A model generated the notes under the pieces. It did no database searches and was not told the origin of the DNA. It worked only from the letters and a program-made list of their open reading frames with translations. The position numbers and the translations under genes are program-made. This document shows positions 39,193 to 49,436 of a stretch of 64,000 bases of DNA, one piece after another. Each line of letters opens with the position of its first letter. Position 1 is the first letter of the stretch. The DNA comes from an uncultured Gammaproteobacteria bacterium (lineage in GTDB: Bacteria > Patescibacteriota > Patescibacteriia > CAIXNZ01), in the NCBI GenBank assembly GCA_964590345.1, contig CAZPVP010000001.1, positions 7,937-71,936 on the forward strand. Reading direction: 5' to 3'.

Positions 39193-40369
39193 AAATAATG
39201 CCGACTATAATTGCAATGGTTGTTGATAATAAAATTGATAAAAACGAAACAATAAAATCCCAGTCAAATCCTAAATACTGGGCAATATAAGCAACCAGCC
39301 AAGAAACAAAAATCCCAAAAATTATACCGATTACACCTCCGCTCAAAGTTACAACTACCGACTCTAATAAAAATTGATTTAATATATTTTTATTTTTTGC
39401 TCCGACTGCTTTACGTAAACCTATTTCTTTCGTCCTCTCGGTCACACTAATCAACATAATATTCATGATGCCAATTCCTCCAACTAATAATGAAATTGCC
39501 GCAATGGCCGCCAAAAAATAAGTCAATGAATCGGTTATGGCTGAAAAAATTTCAATAGCTTGAATTTGAGATCTGACTGAAAAATCACTGGCTTCACCTT
39601 CCCTTAATTTGTGCCTTTCTCTTAAAACCATGGTTATATCTTCAACCGTTCTCTCAATATTATCAGGCGAATCCACCTTAACACGAGCTAAAGTCACATA
39701 ATCAATCCCTTGCATTATTTTTTGACCGGTCGTAATAGGAATAAAAACCAAATTATCCTGATTTTGAAAACCCTCTACGCCTCTTGGTTTCATTACACCA
39801 ATTACTTTAAAGCGATGCCGACCTATTTTTATTGTTTCACCAAGGGGATCCAAATTGCCAAACAATTCTTCTTTAACATTACTGCCTAAAACAACCGCCC
39901 TAGCTAAACTTTCTTCTTCTTCTTCGGTTATAAACCTGCCTTCTGCTGGTATTTCATCATGAACTTCCAAATAAGAAGCAGTTGTGGCAATATAAGTTCC
40001 GTCAAATTGATTGTTTTCCCATCTAAAAATTTCAGCGCCCTGAATATAATAAGTTGCGGCTACTGCGTGAGGCACTTTTTTAGGGGCCAATAAATCCTCT
40101 ATATCTTCATTTTTTAAATCAGTGTTAACTGTACCAAAAACCGTTGGCGGCGGGCCTTCTTCTTCCGAAGCCCCCGGAAAAACAGAAATCAAATTACTGC
40201 CAAATCCCCTAATTTGATTCAAAATTAAACTCTGCGCGCCAGCTCCGACTGATAAAATAATTATCACCGAAGCAATACCAACAATAATCCCGAGCATCGT
40301 TAAAAATGTTCGGGTCTTTTTAGACTTTAAACCAATAACGGCTATCCTAATAGAATTAGCCACATCCAT
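39128..40369 (-). CDS. ABC transporter permease, FtsX/MacB-like (second copy)
   Basis: GGIGIMNIMLISVTERTKEIGLRKAVGA. Confidence 0.75.
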   Translation of the reverse strand: MDVANSIRIAVIGLKSKKTRTFLTMLGIIVGIASVIIILSVGAGAQSLILNQIRGFGSNLISVFPGASEEEGPPPTVFGTVNTDLKNEDIEDLLAPKKVPHAVAATYYIQGAEIFRWENNQFDGTYIATTASYLEVHDEIPAEGRFITEEEEESLARAVVLGSNVKEELFGNLDPLGETIKIGRHRFKVIGVMKPRGVEGFQNQDNLVFIPITTGQKIMQGIDYVTLARVKVDSPDNIERTVEDITMVLRERHKLREGEASDFSVRSQIQAIEIFSAITDSLTYFLAAIAAISLLVGGIGIMNIMLISVTERTKEIGLRKAVGAKNKNILNQFLLESVVVTLSGGVIGIIFGIFVSWLVAYIAQYLGFDWDFIVSFLSILLSTTIAIIVGIIFGLYPAWKASKLNPIEALRYE

Positions 40370-40371
40370 AA

Positions 40372-41097
40372 TTATTTAGTTAAATATTTTTCACTTTTAG
40401 CTATCAAACGCTTTTTGACTGAATAATCATCAATAATTTTACCGTCAATTATACTAACTATTCGGCGGGCATGTTCAGCTGTATATTTTTCATGAGTAAC
40501 CAAAATAACCGTATTGCCTTTTTCATTAAGATCTTGCAAAATTTCCATTATTTGCTTACCTGTTTTAGAATCCAAATTACCAGTCGGTTCATCAGCAAAA
40601 ATAATTTCCGGCTGATTAACCAAAGCCCTGGCAATTGCTACTCTTTGCTTTTCACCGCCTGAAAGCTGATTTGACAAATTATCTTTACGATGGTACAAAC
40701 CGACTGATTTAATTGCCTGGATAACTTCTTTATCACCGATTTTTTTATCCGAATAAGTCAAAGGCAAATTAACATTATCATAAACACTGGTTCGCTGTAA
40801 TAAATTAAAGGTCTGAAAAACAAAACCGACTTCCTGATTGCGTATCTCAGCCAGCTTGTCTTCTTCAAAATTACTGACTTTTTTGCCTTTATAATAATAA
40901 ACTCCGGAAGTCGGCTTATCCAAAAAACCCATTATATGCATTAAAGTTGATTTGCCGGAACCAGACGGTCCCATAATGGCAACAAATTCACCCCTATTGA
41001 CTTCTAAATTTATATCATAAAGCACCTTGGTAACAACTTCCTCATTTTCATACTGCTTGCATATATTAATCAATTTTATTAATTTTTTATCAGCCAT
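40372..41097 (-). CDS. ABC transporter ATP-binding protein (MacB/LolD-type)
   Basis: Walker A GPSGSGKST, signature LSGGEKQRVAIARAL, Walker B IIFADEPTGNLD. Confidence 0.85.
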   Translation of the reverse strand: MADKKLIKLINICKQYENEEVVTKVLYDINLEVNRGEFVAIMGPSGSGKSTLMHIMGFLDKPTSGVYYYKGKKVSNFEEDKLAEIRNQEVGFVFQTFNLLQRTSVYDNVNLPLTYSDKKIGDKEVIQAIKSVGLYHRKDNLSNQLSGGEKQRVAIARALVNQPEIIFADEPTGNLDSKTGKQIMEILQDLNEKGNTVILVTHEKYTAEHARRIVSIIDGKIIDDYSVKKRLIAKSEKYLTK

Positions 41098-41098
41098 A

Positions 41099-42928
41099 TT
41101 ATTTCTCCCTTTTATAAGTAATGACTTCTTGCCCTTCTGACAATCCGCTAATAATCTCTATTCCCTGATCGCCGCGCAAACCAGTTTTTACTTCAACTTT
41201 TTTAGGACCGCCAAAACTTAAAATTTCAACATATTTATTGCCTTCATTATCTTCTTTTACTGCTCTAATTGGCACATACAAAACATCCTGCTTCTCTTTG
41301 GTCAAAATATCAACATTAGCTGTCATGCCTGACTTGATTTCTTTATCAGTCGGCTCCAAATTAACCGCAACTTTATAATAGATCACGTCTTGAATATTTG
41401 TTTCTGCCAAATCAACAAAAACAACATTGCCGGCAAATTTCACTTCATCACTATATGCATCTAAAGTAATCATAGCTGGATTGCCGATATTGATTTTAAC
41501 AATTTCAGATTCTGGCACATCAACTTCAATTTCAAAATCCCCTTTGCCTAAAATGGTAATCACTGGTTTTGTTTCTGCTGTCGTCAAGCCGACACCAAAC
41601 TGTTCTCCTACGTTATAATTAACAAAAACAACTTTGCCGTCAGTGGGAGCTCTGATAATGTAATCTTCTAAATTGACCAAAGCCAAGTCTAAGGCAGCCT
41701 GAGCCTGATTAACCTGCGCCTGATAATACTCAATATCAACCTGCCGCGCCGGCGCTTTTTTCAGATCCAACTGAGCTTTTGCTAAATTGTAAGAGCCCAA
41801 AGCGCTATCAAGTGATGATTTTGCCGAAGCAATTTGAGACTCTTTGTTAGCTAAAGCCGCGGATAGTTTGGCCTCTGCCGAATCTAAATTTCCCTGAACA
41901 GTATCTGTTTGGCTATCGTAATTCAATTGAGCTGTTTTATAGGCCTGTTCTGCATTTTGCAAAGCTGATAAATTCGCGCTATTAGTTGTTTGTTCGCTTT
42001 TTACCGCAACTTTATAATTATCAATCAAAGTTTGGGAATAACGCGCGTCAACTATTGTTGAACTAATAGTTTTGAAAAGGCTATCCAAGCTGACATTAAT
42101 ATCTTCCAGCATGCCGATCGCCAAATCAGAAATTTGTTCGAGCTCTTTTTCTGTTATTGCTGAATCTGATTGATTAAGCAAATTTTCTAATTCTGTCTGT
42201 TTTTCTCTGGCATATTCATAATATGTCCAAGTATTTATCTTGGCCTGATAATTGCTAACATTGCCTAAATTATCATATTGATAATCAATAAAATCCAAAG
42301 AGGTATTGGCATAATTTGCCTTGCTTCTTATTGTAGTAATTAAATTCTGTCTGGCATCAGCTAAATTTTGAGAATAAGTATTTTCAGCATTGGCTAAAGC
42401 TTTTTTAGCTGCCTCAACCGCCTGTTCATAAGTATCTATATTAGCCTCAATTTCCTCTAACAAAATTTCATAATCTCTTTTGGCATTTTCATAAGCGATC
42501 TTAGCATTATTGACTGATTCTTCGCTTACCTGAATATCTTCAGTGCTGGCTCCGGCTAATAAACGGTTTAAATTCGCCCTGGCAATATCCAAATTAGCCT
42601 GCGCCTGACGAATCTGAATTTCCGCATCACCAGCATCCAATCGCGCCAGAATGTCTCCTTCTTTAACCTCGTCACCTTCAGTTACATTAACTTCAATAAT
42701 AGTGCCATTGCCTTTAAAATTCAAAGCGATTTCTGTAGCAGCCCGCACCGAACCAGTCTCCGAAACAGTCTGAGTCAAAGTGGCCTTTTCTACCTTTTCA
42801 GTAATATACTCTGCTTCTTTATCGCCTCGCGAAACCAAAACAACAACAATAATAATTATTATTATTAAAATAAACCAAAAAAGCTTGCTTTTGGCTAATC
42901 TTTTAATAAAATTCCAAAGCCATTTCAT
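41099..42928 (-). CDS. HlyD/MacA-family periplasmic adaptor (membrane-fusion) protein with very long coiled coil
   Basis: N-terminal TM, beta-barrel/lipoyl segments flanking about 300 aa of coiled coil. Confidence 0.65.
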   Translation of the reverse strand: MKWLWNFIKRLAKSKLFWFILIIIIIIVVVLVSRGDKEAEYITEKVEKATLTQTVSETGSVRAATEIALNFKGNGTIIEVNVTEGDEVKEGDILARLDAGDAEIQIRQAQANLDIARANLNRLLAGASTEDIQVSEESVNNAKIAYENAKRDYEILLEEIEANIDTYEQAVEAAKKALANAENTYSQNLADARQNLITTIRSKANYANTSLDFIDYQYDNLGNVSNYQAKINTWTYYEYAREKQTELENLLNQSDSAITEKELEQISDLAIGMLEDINVSLDSLFKTISSTIVDARYSQTLIDNYKVAVKSEQTTNSANLSALQNAEQAYKTAQLNYDSQTDTVQGNLDSAEAKLSAALANKESQIASAKSSLDSALGSYNLAKAQLDLKKAPARQVDIEYYQAQVNQAQAALDLALVNLEDYIIRAPTDGKVVFVNYNVGEQFGVGLTTAETKPVITILGKGDFEIEVDVPESEIVKINIGNPAMITLDAYSDEVKFAGNVVFVDLAETNIQDVIYYKVAVNLEPTDKEIKSGMTANVDILTKEKQDVLYVPIRAVKEDNEGNKYVEILSFGGPKKVEVKTGLRGDQGIEIISGLSEGQEVITYKREK

Positions 42929-42940
42929 ATTTTATATAAA

Positions 42941-43180
42941 TTATTTTTTTATTGATTTTAAACTTTTCAATTGGTTAACAAACTTATCAATAAGTTTATC
43001 AAAATTTTCAGGCTTTATAAAGGAAATCAAAGCATCAGCTCTAGAAAAAACCAAAAATTTATCACCGGGCTTTATTCCCATTTTATCTCTGATTTCTTTG
43101 GGAATGACAATCTGGCCACGTTCCCCCAATGTTGCCATGCCATAATTTTTTATTTCAAACATATTATTAATTTTCGCCAT
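42941..43180 (-). CDS. AbrB/MazE/SpoVT-family DNA-binding protein
   Basis: LGERGQIVIPKEIRDKMGIKPGDKFLVF swapped-hairpin motif. Confidence 0.65.
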   Translation of the reverse strand: MAKINNMFEIKNYGMATLGERGQIVIPKEIRDKMGIKPGDKFLVFSRADALISFIKPENFDKLIDKFVNQLKSLKSIKK

Positions 43181-43611
43181 AAAATCATTTGATTAATAAT
43201 TAAGTATGAAAAATCATATTTTTCATATTATAACTTATTTCATTCTTTTTAACAAATTAAAAAAATTAAATAGGGATACTAAGTAAGTATCCCTATAAAA
43301 AAGATGGTGATAATGGCTATGAAAAACATAACCGCAACTGCAAGTGCCTTGATCGATGTCACCGGAGTAATACTGCCCGCATTTTGGGCATTTGCGCCAG
43401 ACAACCATTTTTACCTCCTTAATGTTGGAATAAAAATTAAAAGTACTGTGGAAAACTCTTTATTTAATTATACCATAAATTTGACAAAAATATAATAAAC
43501 AAGCCATACCTGTGTATAACTTGACAAATTAAAAAAATCGTACAAAAATGCACGATTTCCCGCACCGCCTAATAGAAAAACCAATGTTTTCTAAATAATA
43601 CAGAATTATAA

Positions 43612-43694
43612 ATAGCACACCCAAGGGGAATTGAACCCCTATTTTCAGGATGCCCGCCAGAAGCGGATCCGCCTTCGGCGGAAAGACTTTTTCT
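43612..43694 (-). other. tRNA-like 3' fragment (T-arm plus acceptor 3' strand without matching 5' acceptor strand); pseudo-tRNA or att-site remnant
   Basis: Minus-strand ...AGGGGTTCAATTCCCCTTGGGTGTG has a canonical T-stem-loop. The required 5' partner (ACACCCA-like) is absent in the 81 nt upstream; two hairpins precede it instead. Confidence 0.3.
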
Positions 43695-43695
43695 G

Positions 43696-43770
43696 TAGCC
43701 CTAACGGGATTTGAACCCGTGTCTTCAGCGTGAGAAGCTGATGTCCTAGACCAGGCTAGACGATAGGGCC
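43696..43770 (-). tRNA. tRNA-Glu (anticodon CUC)
   Basis: GGCCCTATCGTCTAGCCTGGTCTAGGACATCAGCTTCTCACGCTGAAGACACGGGTTCAAATCCCGTTAGGGCTA folds as cloverleaf; anticodon loop TTCTCAC; G1-U72 wobble. Confidence 0.75.
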
Positions 43771-43865
43771 ATATTTAAACCACTTGATTTATCCTAAACT
43801 GAATGAACGAAAAGAGTTCTAATTCAGGACAATGGGAAGCAAAAATAATAATAAAAAAATTATAC

Positions 43866-43892
43866 CCGGCTTTAGCCGGCTTTTTAGCCTAC
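43866..43892. terminator. hairpin terminator downstream of murF
   Basis: CCGGCTttaGCCGG followed by CTTTTT on plus strand; on minus strand GCCGGCtaaaGCCGGG followed by tataattttttt. Confidence 0.4.
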
Positions 43893-43982
43893 TAAAGTGG
43901 ATATAAATTTATTTTTACCATAAAAATTCAAAAGCTTCAACAATTAGATATAATAAATTACTTCTAAAGTTTAATTTTAAAT

Positions 43983-45299
43983 TTATTTATTCTCCCATTC
44001 TCCTGTCTGCCTGACTAAAAGTTTTTTTGCTTTCAACGGCTCAGCCATAATTTCTTTGACAATCTTTTCCATTCTCATGCCTTGCGAACCTTTAATTAAA
44101 ATCAAATCACCGGTTTCAATTAAATTCTGAACAAAGATACCGGCTTTTGCATGATCTTCAAAACTGACAATATATTCATCTGAAAGCCCTGCTTCTTTGG
44201 CTGCCTTAGCTGTTTCCTCTGATTCTTTGCCAACCGTAACCAAAAAATCAATCCCAGCTTCAACGACTTTAAAACCGATTTCACGATGTGCCTCGGCAGA
44301 TTTATCACCTAATTCCAACATATCCCCCAAAACAGCTATTTTCCTCTTCGCTTCTGGCAATTCAATCATTTTCATTACTTCCAAAGCTGCCTTGGCTGCA
44401 ACAGGCGAAGAATTATAAGTATCATCAATAATCAAAGTATATTTAATACCGGCAATTAAATTCATACGTCCTTTAGGAGGTCGATATTTCCTTAAAGCCT
44501 CAGAAATGTCAACCAAATTCATTTTATAAGCCACGCCAACAGCAATAGCTGCCAAAGCGGCATAAGCATGTTGTTTGCCAAAACAATGGGGTAAAAAAAC
44601 AGGCACAGTTGAACCGTTATAAGTTACTTTAAAATTAGTACCCCAGATTTTACATTCCCACTGATATTGAGTCTCGCAAAAATCCTGCTCTAAACCGGAA
44701 AAAATTATTTCACGGCCTTTTACCTCAGCCTCTTCATCAAAACCATAAGTTATAATTTTAGCTTTTAACCTGTCTTTTAAACTCACAACCTTATCGTCAT
44801 CTTGATTTAAAACAGCAAATCCTTCACCGGGTAATTTTGTAACAATTTTTTCTTTTTCTTTTAAAACTCCTGTTAAATTCTTAAAAGCATGCAAATGCGT
44901 TTCTGCCACTGCTGTCAAAACACCGATTTTAAGCGGAGCAATTTTTATTAAATATTCAATATCACCCGCTTTGTCAGCCCCCATTTCCAAAACTAAAATT
45001 TCCGGATAATTATCATCTTTAAAAATTAATAATTTTAAAGCCCGACAAAAAACTTTTAACCATTTAAAAACCGAGCTACCGCCCGTCTTAGCATTAATAA
45101 TAGTCAGAGGCACGCCTATTTCATTATTATAGCTTTTTATATTGCATCGCACATTATATTCATAGGACAAAACAGCAAAAATAGCCTCTTTAACAGAAGT
45201 TTTACCCACACTGCCAGTAATGCCTACTATTTCCGGCTTGTATTTTTTTAATATTTTTTTGGCAAAAAACGCCAATAATTTTTCTAAAATTTGTTTCAT
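43983..45299 (-). CDS. murF: UDP-N-acetylmuramoyl-tripeptide--D-alanyl-D-alanine ligase
   Basis: Mur ligase P-loop GITGSVGKTSVKE; C-terminal GDMLELGDKSAEAHREIG typical of MurF. Confidence 0.7.
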   Translation of the reverse strand: MKQILEKLLAFFAKKILKKYKPEIVGITGSVGKTSVKEAIFAVLSYEYNVRCNIKSYNNEIGVPLTIINAKTGGSSVFKWLKVFCRALKLLIFKDDNYPEILVLEMGADKAGDIEYLIKIAPLKIGVLTAVAETHLHAFKNLTGVLKEKEKIVTKLPGEGFAVLNQDDDKVVSLKDRLKAKIITYGFDEEAEVKGREIIFSGLEQDFCETQYQWECKIWGTNFKVTYNGSTVPVFLPHCFGKQHAYAALAAIAVGVAYKMNLVDISEALRKYRPPKGRMNLIAGIKYTLIIDDTYNSSPVAAKAALEVMKMIELPEAKRKIAVLGDMLELGDKSAEAHREIGFKVVEAGIDFLVTVGKESEETAKAAKEAGLSDEYIVSFEDHAKAGIFVQNLIETGDLILIKGSQGMRMEKIVKEIMAEPLKAKKLLVRQTGEWENK

Positions 45300-45346
45300 A
45301 TCTTTTTCTCTGACTAAAATACGAATATATAACTAATATACGAATT

Positions 45347-45745
45347 TTATGGATATAAATTAAGAATTCTTTTTGTTCTAACTCCTGAACCTGTAAATTG
45401 GGCTAAAATCCCTAAACCTAAATCTGTAGCCACCAAATATTGATAAACCTGTTCAATGTTTGTTTTTCTAAAATAATCACCCTTTTTTATCTCTAATACA
45501 ATCTTATTATCAATTAAAAAATCCAAATAATACTTACCTACTTTCACTCCTTTATATCTTACAGGAATATATAATTCTTTTTCTATCTTAAAATTATTTT
45601 GTATTAAAGCCTCATAAACTGCTGTTTGATAATATTTTTCTTTATGGCCAGGCCATAATTCATTATAAACATCAAAAAGTATACCATTTATTTTATAACT
45701 TAATTCTGGATAAATCAAATCATTTCGTTTATTCTTTATATTCAT
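45347..45745 (-). CDS. GxxExxY-family protein
   Basis: GHKEKYY motif, YYLDFLIDNKIVLEIK and C-terminal GLGILAQF match the family; intact paralog of the 30178-30560 pseudogene. Confidence 0.65.
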   Translation of the reverse strand: MNIKNKRNDLIYPELSYKINGILFDVYNELWPGHKEKYYQTAVYEALIQNNFKIEKELYIPVRYKGVKVGKYYLDFLIDNKIVLEIKKGDYFRKTNIEQVYQYLVATDLGLGILAQFTGSGVRTKRILNLYP

Positions 45746-45791
45746 AGCATCTTTTCATTAGTATATTCGTAATGATTAGTAATTTTGTAAG

Positions 45792-47585
45792 TTATAAAGC
45801 GTCTGGAACCACATGATAATAATCCAAAATAAATTTAGCCAAACGGCTGAATAAAGGCGCAGTAGTCACTGAAGAAAAGTTGCCTTTTTTCGGATTTTCA
45901 AATTTTAAAATCATAACAAAAGCCGGATCCTTGACTGGTCCAAAGCCAATAAATGAATGATTAGTTTTATTAGAATATTCACCACCTTCAGCAATTTGAG
46001 CCGTACCAGTTTTACCAGCAATATAATAACCGGGCACACCAGCTTTTTGCGCCTGTCCATTTTTAACTACTGAAACTAACATACCGCTTAAAAGCGTAGA
46101 AGTTTTTGAAGAAATAATTTGCTTTGGTTTTGGCCTGTTAGTTTTTCTAACCGTACCATCAAATTCCCTGATTTCCTCAACAATATAAGGCTTAACTAAT
46201 TTGCCGCCATTAACAATAGCAGAAAATGCTTGCGCCATTTGTAAAGGAGTAGCAGTAATACCCTGGCCAAATGAAGCTGTTGCTTCATAAATTTCACTTC
46301 TTTTACTTAAAGAGCTAATATCACCAGCTACTTCCGTATCAAGCTGAATGCCAGTTTTTTCACCAAAACCAAATTTTTCAACGTATCTGCGAAAATTTCT
46401 TTTACCAATCTGTCTGACAGCAAAAATTGCACCGGTATTTAAAGACTTTTCCAAAACTTGAGTCATTGTCATCTTGCCATGAGCTTCTAAATCAGCGTTT
46501 CTTATAGTAAAATCGTCTATTTTAACAAATCCATCGTCAAAATAGGTTGTTTCAGGAGTAATTGCGCCTAAATCTAAAGCTGCTGCCATTGTAATAGGCT
46601 TAAAAATTGAGCCTACTTCATATGCCTCAAAAATTGACCGATTATTATAAGCGCTAAGATTCTCTACCTGATTATATTGATTAGGATCAAAATCCGGATA
46701 AGAACACATGGCCAAAATAGCGCCAGTTTCAGGATCCATAACTATCGCTGCCGCACTTTTTGCTTCTATTATTTCAGCATGTTGATTTAATTGACTGCAG
46801 ACTTCGTATTGAACTGTTTTATCTAAAGTTAAAACAATATCAGCTCCGTCTTTTGCCCTTTCAAAACTTTTTTCCCCTACCGAAATAAAGCGTCCAGAAA
46901 TATCAGTCTCTGACAAAATTTCTCCTTGTTGGCCAGCCAATTCTTCATTAAAATAACCTTCAACACCATAAAGCCCTTTTTTCATGCCGTCTTCGCCAAA
47001 ACCGACAAAACCCAAGACATTGGCGCCAATATTTTTTTCGGGATAGAATCTGAAAGTTTCTTTGCTGGATTTTATCCCGGTAATCTCCAAATTTTTAATC
47101 ATTGCAACATGGCTGTCTTCAACTTTATGCTTTAAAGGCTCATATGGATCATCTTTTTTTGAAAGCTTAGCAATTAATCCTTTTTTAAATCCTTCTTGCT
47201 TTTCTTCATCCGGTTCTAAAATTGGCAATAATAATTCAGCAATTTCTTCCGGATTTTTATCAATAAATTTAGGCTGCGCATAAACTAAATTATAATCCTT
47301 ATTAATCGCCAAAGGATACAGGCTTTCTTGTTTGCTTAAAGCTGAAAGAGTCTGGTCTTTTAAATAAATTGAACCGCGATTAGGAAAAATTTTTTGATAA
47401 ATTTCGTGCTGATCAGAGGCCAGAGCATAATAAAAATCAAATTTTAAAACTTGAAAATCAAAAAGCTTAACAATTATTAACAAAGCAAAAATCAAAAAAA
47501 GATAAGCCATAAATTTCACTCTCGGTTCAAATTGTTTTTCCGGTGAAAATTTCTTTTTCTTTTTATAACGAGTTAAATCCCACAT
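45792..47585 (-). CDS. class B penicillin-binding protein (FtsI/PBP2-type transpeptidase)
   Basis: N-terminal TM anchor; SxxK (GSIFKP), SxN (KSLNTG), KTGT (AGKTGTAQ). Confidence 0.8.
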   Translation of the reverse strand: MWDLTRYKKKKKFSPEKQFEPRVKFMAYLFLIFALLIIVKLFDFQVLKFDFYYALASDQHEIYQKIFPNRGSIYLKDQTLSALSKQESLYPLAINKDYNLVYAQPKFIDKNPEEIAELLLPILEPDEEKQEGFKKGLIAKLSKKDDPYEPLKHKVEDSHVAMIKNLEITGIKSSKETFRFYPEKNIGANVLGFVGFGEDGMKKGLYGVEGYFNEELAGQQGEILSETDISGRFISVGEKSFERAKDGADIVLTLDKTVQYEVCSQLNQHAEIIEAKSAAAIVMDPETGAILAMCSYPDFDPNQYNQVENLSAYNNRSIFEAYEVGSIFKPITMAAALDLGAITPETTYFDDGFVKIDDFTIRNADLEAHGKMTMTQVLEKSLNTGAIFAVRQIGKRNFRRYVEKFGFGEKTGIQLDTEVAGDISSLSKRSEIYEATASFGQGITATPLQMAQAFSAIVNGGKLVKPYIVEEIREFDGTVRKTNRPKPKQIISSKTSTLLSGMLVSVVKNGQAQKAGVPGYYIAGKTGTAQIAEGGEYSNKTNHSFIGFGPVKDPAFVMILKFENPKKGNFSSVTTAPLFSRLAKFILDYYHVVPDAL

Positions 47586-47666
47586 GTCTCAATTTTAACA
47601 AAAATTAAACTAAATAAAAATCCCTTCAGCGGAATTTTTTTTAAACTATCTTATTCTTTAAATTAT

Positions 47667-47999
47667 TTAAATCAAAAGAATAATCAAGAGTACCACAATA
47701 AAACCAATCAATATTGTTAAAAGAGTGGCTAATAAAGTCCAAAATGCCGGCTTATACTTTTTTTGCAAAGCCAAATAAGCTGGATAACCAAATACTAAAA
47801 CACCAGAAACAGCCACGCTAAAAACAAACAAAAGTAAGCCAAATAAAAATCCCAAAAGCTCATTAGGCTCAGGTAAAAATTCACCTAAATAATTGATAGC
47901 TAAAACAACAAATATGACATAAATAATTTCAGCTACACCGCCAGCGATGCCCCATTTACAAATTTCTTTTTTGTCATTTTTTTTAAATAAACCAAACAT
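47667..47999 (-). CDS. small membrane protein
   Basis: 110 aa, 3 TM helices. Confidence 0.35.
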   Translation of the reverse strand: MFGLFKKNDKKEICKWGIAGGVAEIIYVIFVVLAINYLGEFLPEPNELLGFLFGLLLFVFSVAVSGVLVFGYPAYLALQKKYKPAFWTLLATLLTILIGFIVVLLIILLI

Positions 48000-48035
48000 A
48001 AATTTTAAAATTTAAGATTAAAAATTTAATTAAAT

Positions 48036-48416
48036 TTACTGAAAAGCTACTGAATCAATCTCAATCCAATTCTCACTAGCTTCATCCCATTTAAACGCAA
48101 AAAAAGTATGAACTTTTTCTGTATCTGAGGTCACATAATCAACTTTGGTTTCTTGCCCGGCACGTTTTGAGTAAATAGTTTTTTTATCCAAAACTAACGG
48201 TTTAGTCACAAATTCTAATTTCATTTTGCCCAACGGGCCATTAAAAATTAAACTTTCTTTTGTGCCTCCTCCCTGCTCTTTGGGTAAATCGGTTACAATA
48301 TTCTCCAAAACTTCAAAATTTTTTTTGGTTGTTTCTTTAATTTGTTCCCAGCGTTCTTCGGTCATAGGATTATAATGATTAGTGTTTAAATATTCCTTGA
48401 AAAAAGACAGCCGCAA
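48036..48416 (-). CDS. hypothetical protein
   Basis: 126-aa ORF. Confidence 0.35.
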   Translation of the reverse strand: MRLSFFKEYLNTNHYNPMTEERWEQIKETTKKNFEVLENIVTDLPKEQGGGTKESLIFNGPLGKMKLEFVTKPLVLDKKTIYSKRAGQETKVDYVTSDTEKVHTFFAFKWDEASENWIEIDSVAFQ

Positions 48417-48931
48417 TAATCCTGCTTATACAAATCCATCTGCTTAGCCAGCCAATCCGAAATCTGCGTGCCAAAATTCTTTTTAAAATCTTCTGCCCAA
48501 AATTTGACTCGACATCTATCTTCGACCTTACGGCCAACTTCCAAAACCTTAAAAGATTGCTTTTGCCTGCCCATGGTTAAAGTAGTTGAAAACCAGTCAA
48601 AATTATTATTTTTAGCAAATTCAGCTGTTTTTGATAAGCGGTACAAAAAACATAATTCGCAACGAAACCCTCTTTCTGCTTCAGCTTCATAACCATCAAC
48701 AAATTTGAACCAAATTTTTTGAGAGTAATCAGCCTCAATATAATTCATATTGCGGCTTGTACAAAAATTTTTAACTTCAGCTAAACGCTCTAAATATTCT
48801 TCCTCTGGAAAAATATTTGGATTAAAAAAATAAACAGTCAAGTCAAAACTATCCAAAAGCCGATTAATGACATAAATACTGCATGGGGCGCAACAAACGT
48901 GCAATAATAATTTTTCTTTTATCAAACTCAT
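48386..48931 (-). CDS. queH: epoxyqueuosine reductase QueH (DUF208)
   Basis: LLLHVCCAPCS N-terminal motif and C-terminal CGCLFS. Confidence 0.75.
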   Translation of the reverse strand: MSLIKEKLLLHVCCAPCSIYVINRLLDSFDLTVYFFNPNIFPEEEYLERLAEVKNFCTSRNMNYIEADYSQKIWFKFVDGYEAEAERGFRCELCFLYRLSKTAEFAKNNNFDWFSTTLTMGRQKQSFKVLEVGRKVEDRCRVKFWAEDFKKNFGTQISDWLAKQMDLYKQDYCGCLFSRNI

Positions 48932-48955
48932 AATTCAACAATTCAGATCTCAGAA

Positions 48956-49294
48956 TTATTTTTTTAGAAGCCAGTTGGTTAGCCAAGAAACCACCCACAT
49001 AATTAAAGCGCCATAAAAAGCTGCCTTAAAATCAGCCACTACAAATCCTTCAACAATAGTGCTGGCAAACCAAAATAAAAAAGCATTTATAATCAAAGTA
49101 AAAAGTCCTAGTGTTAAAATATTAACTGGTAAAGTCAAAATAATCAAAATCGGCCTGAGCAAAGCATTAATAATACCCAAAATTAAAGCCGCGATTAAAG
49201 CTGCATAAATACCAGCCACACCAACACCAGGCAAAAAATAAGCAATGCCCAAAATTGCCAAAGCATTGATCAGCCAGCGCAATAATAAATACAT
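48956..49294 (-). CDS. small polytopic membrane protein (DUF360/holin-4_2-like)
   Basis: 112 aa, 4 TM helices, Gly/Ala-rich. Confidence 0.35.
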   Translation of the reverse strand: MYLLLRWLINALAILGIAYFLPGVGVAGIYAALIAALILGIINALLRPILIILTLPVNILTLGLFTLIINAFLFWFASTIVEGFVVADFKAAFYGALIMWVVSWLTNWLLKK

Positions 49295-49356
49295 AAATTT
49301 AAAATTTAATATTTAATATATCTGAATTTATTTTAGCAAAAAATGAACAAAAGAAA

Positions 49357-49385
49357 AAGCGCTCCTTTTGAGAGCGCTTTTTGAA
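49357..49385. terminator. bidirectional hairpin terminator
   Basis: AAAAAGCGCTCcttttgaGAGCGCTTTTT. Confidence 0.55.
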
Positions 49386-49436
49386 GGACAAGTCTTTTGG
49401 ACTTATTTTTTTTTAAACCGGCATTTGACGAACGAC

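Noticed and set aside
43304-43495. 63-aa plus-strand ORF
   Set aside because: No RBS and no conservation cues; sits in the tRNA-upstream intergenic region; too weak to call.
47586-47666. Hairpin terminator downstream of ftsI-like gene
   Set aside because: aaatcccttcagcggaatttttt has an imperfect stem (tccc vs ggaa); not convincing.
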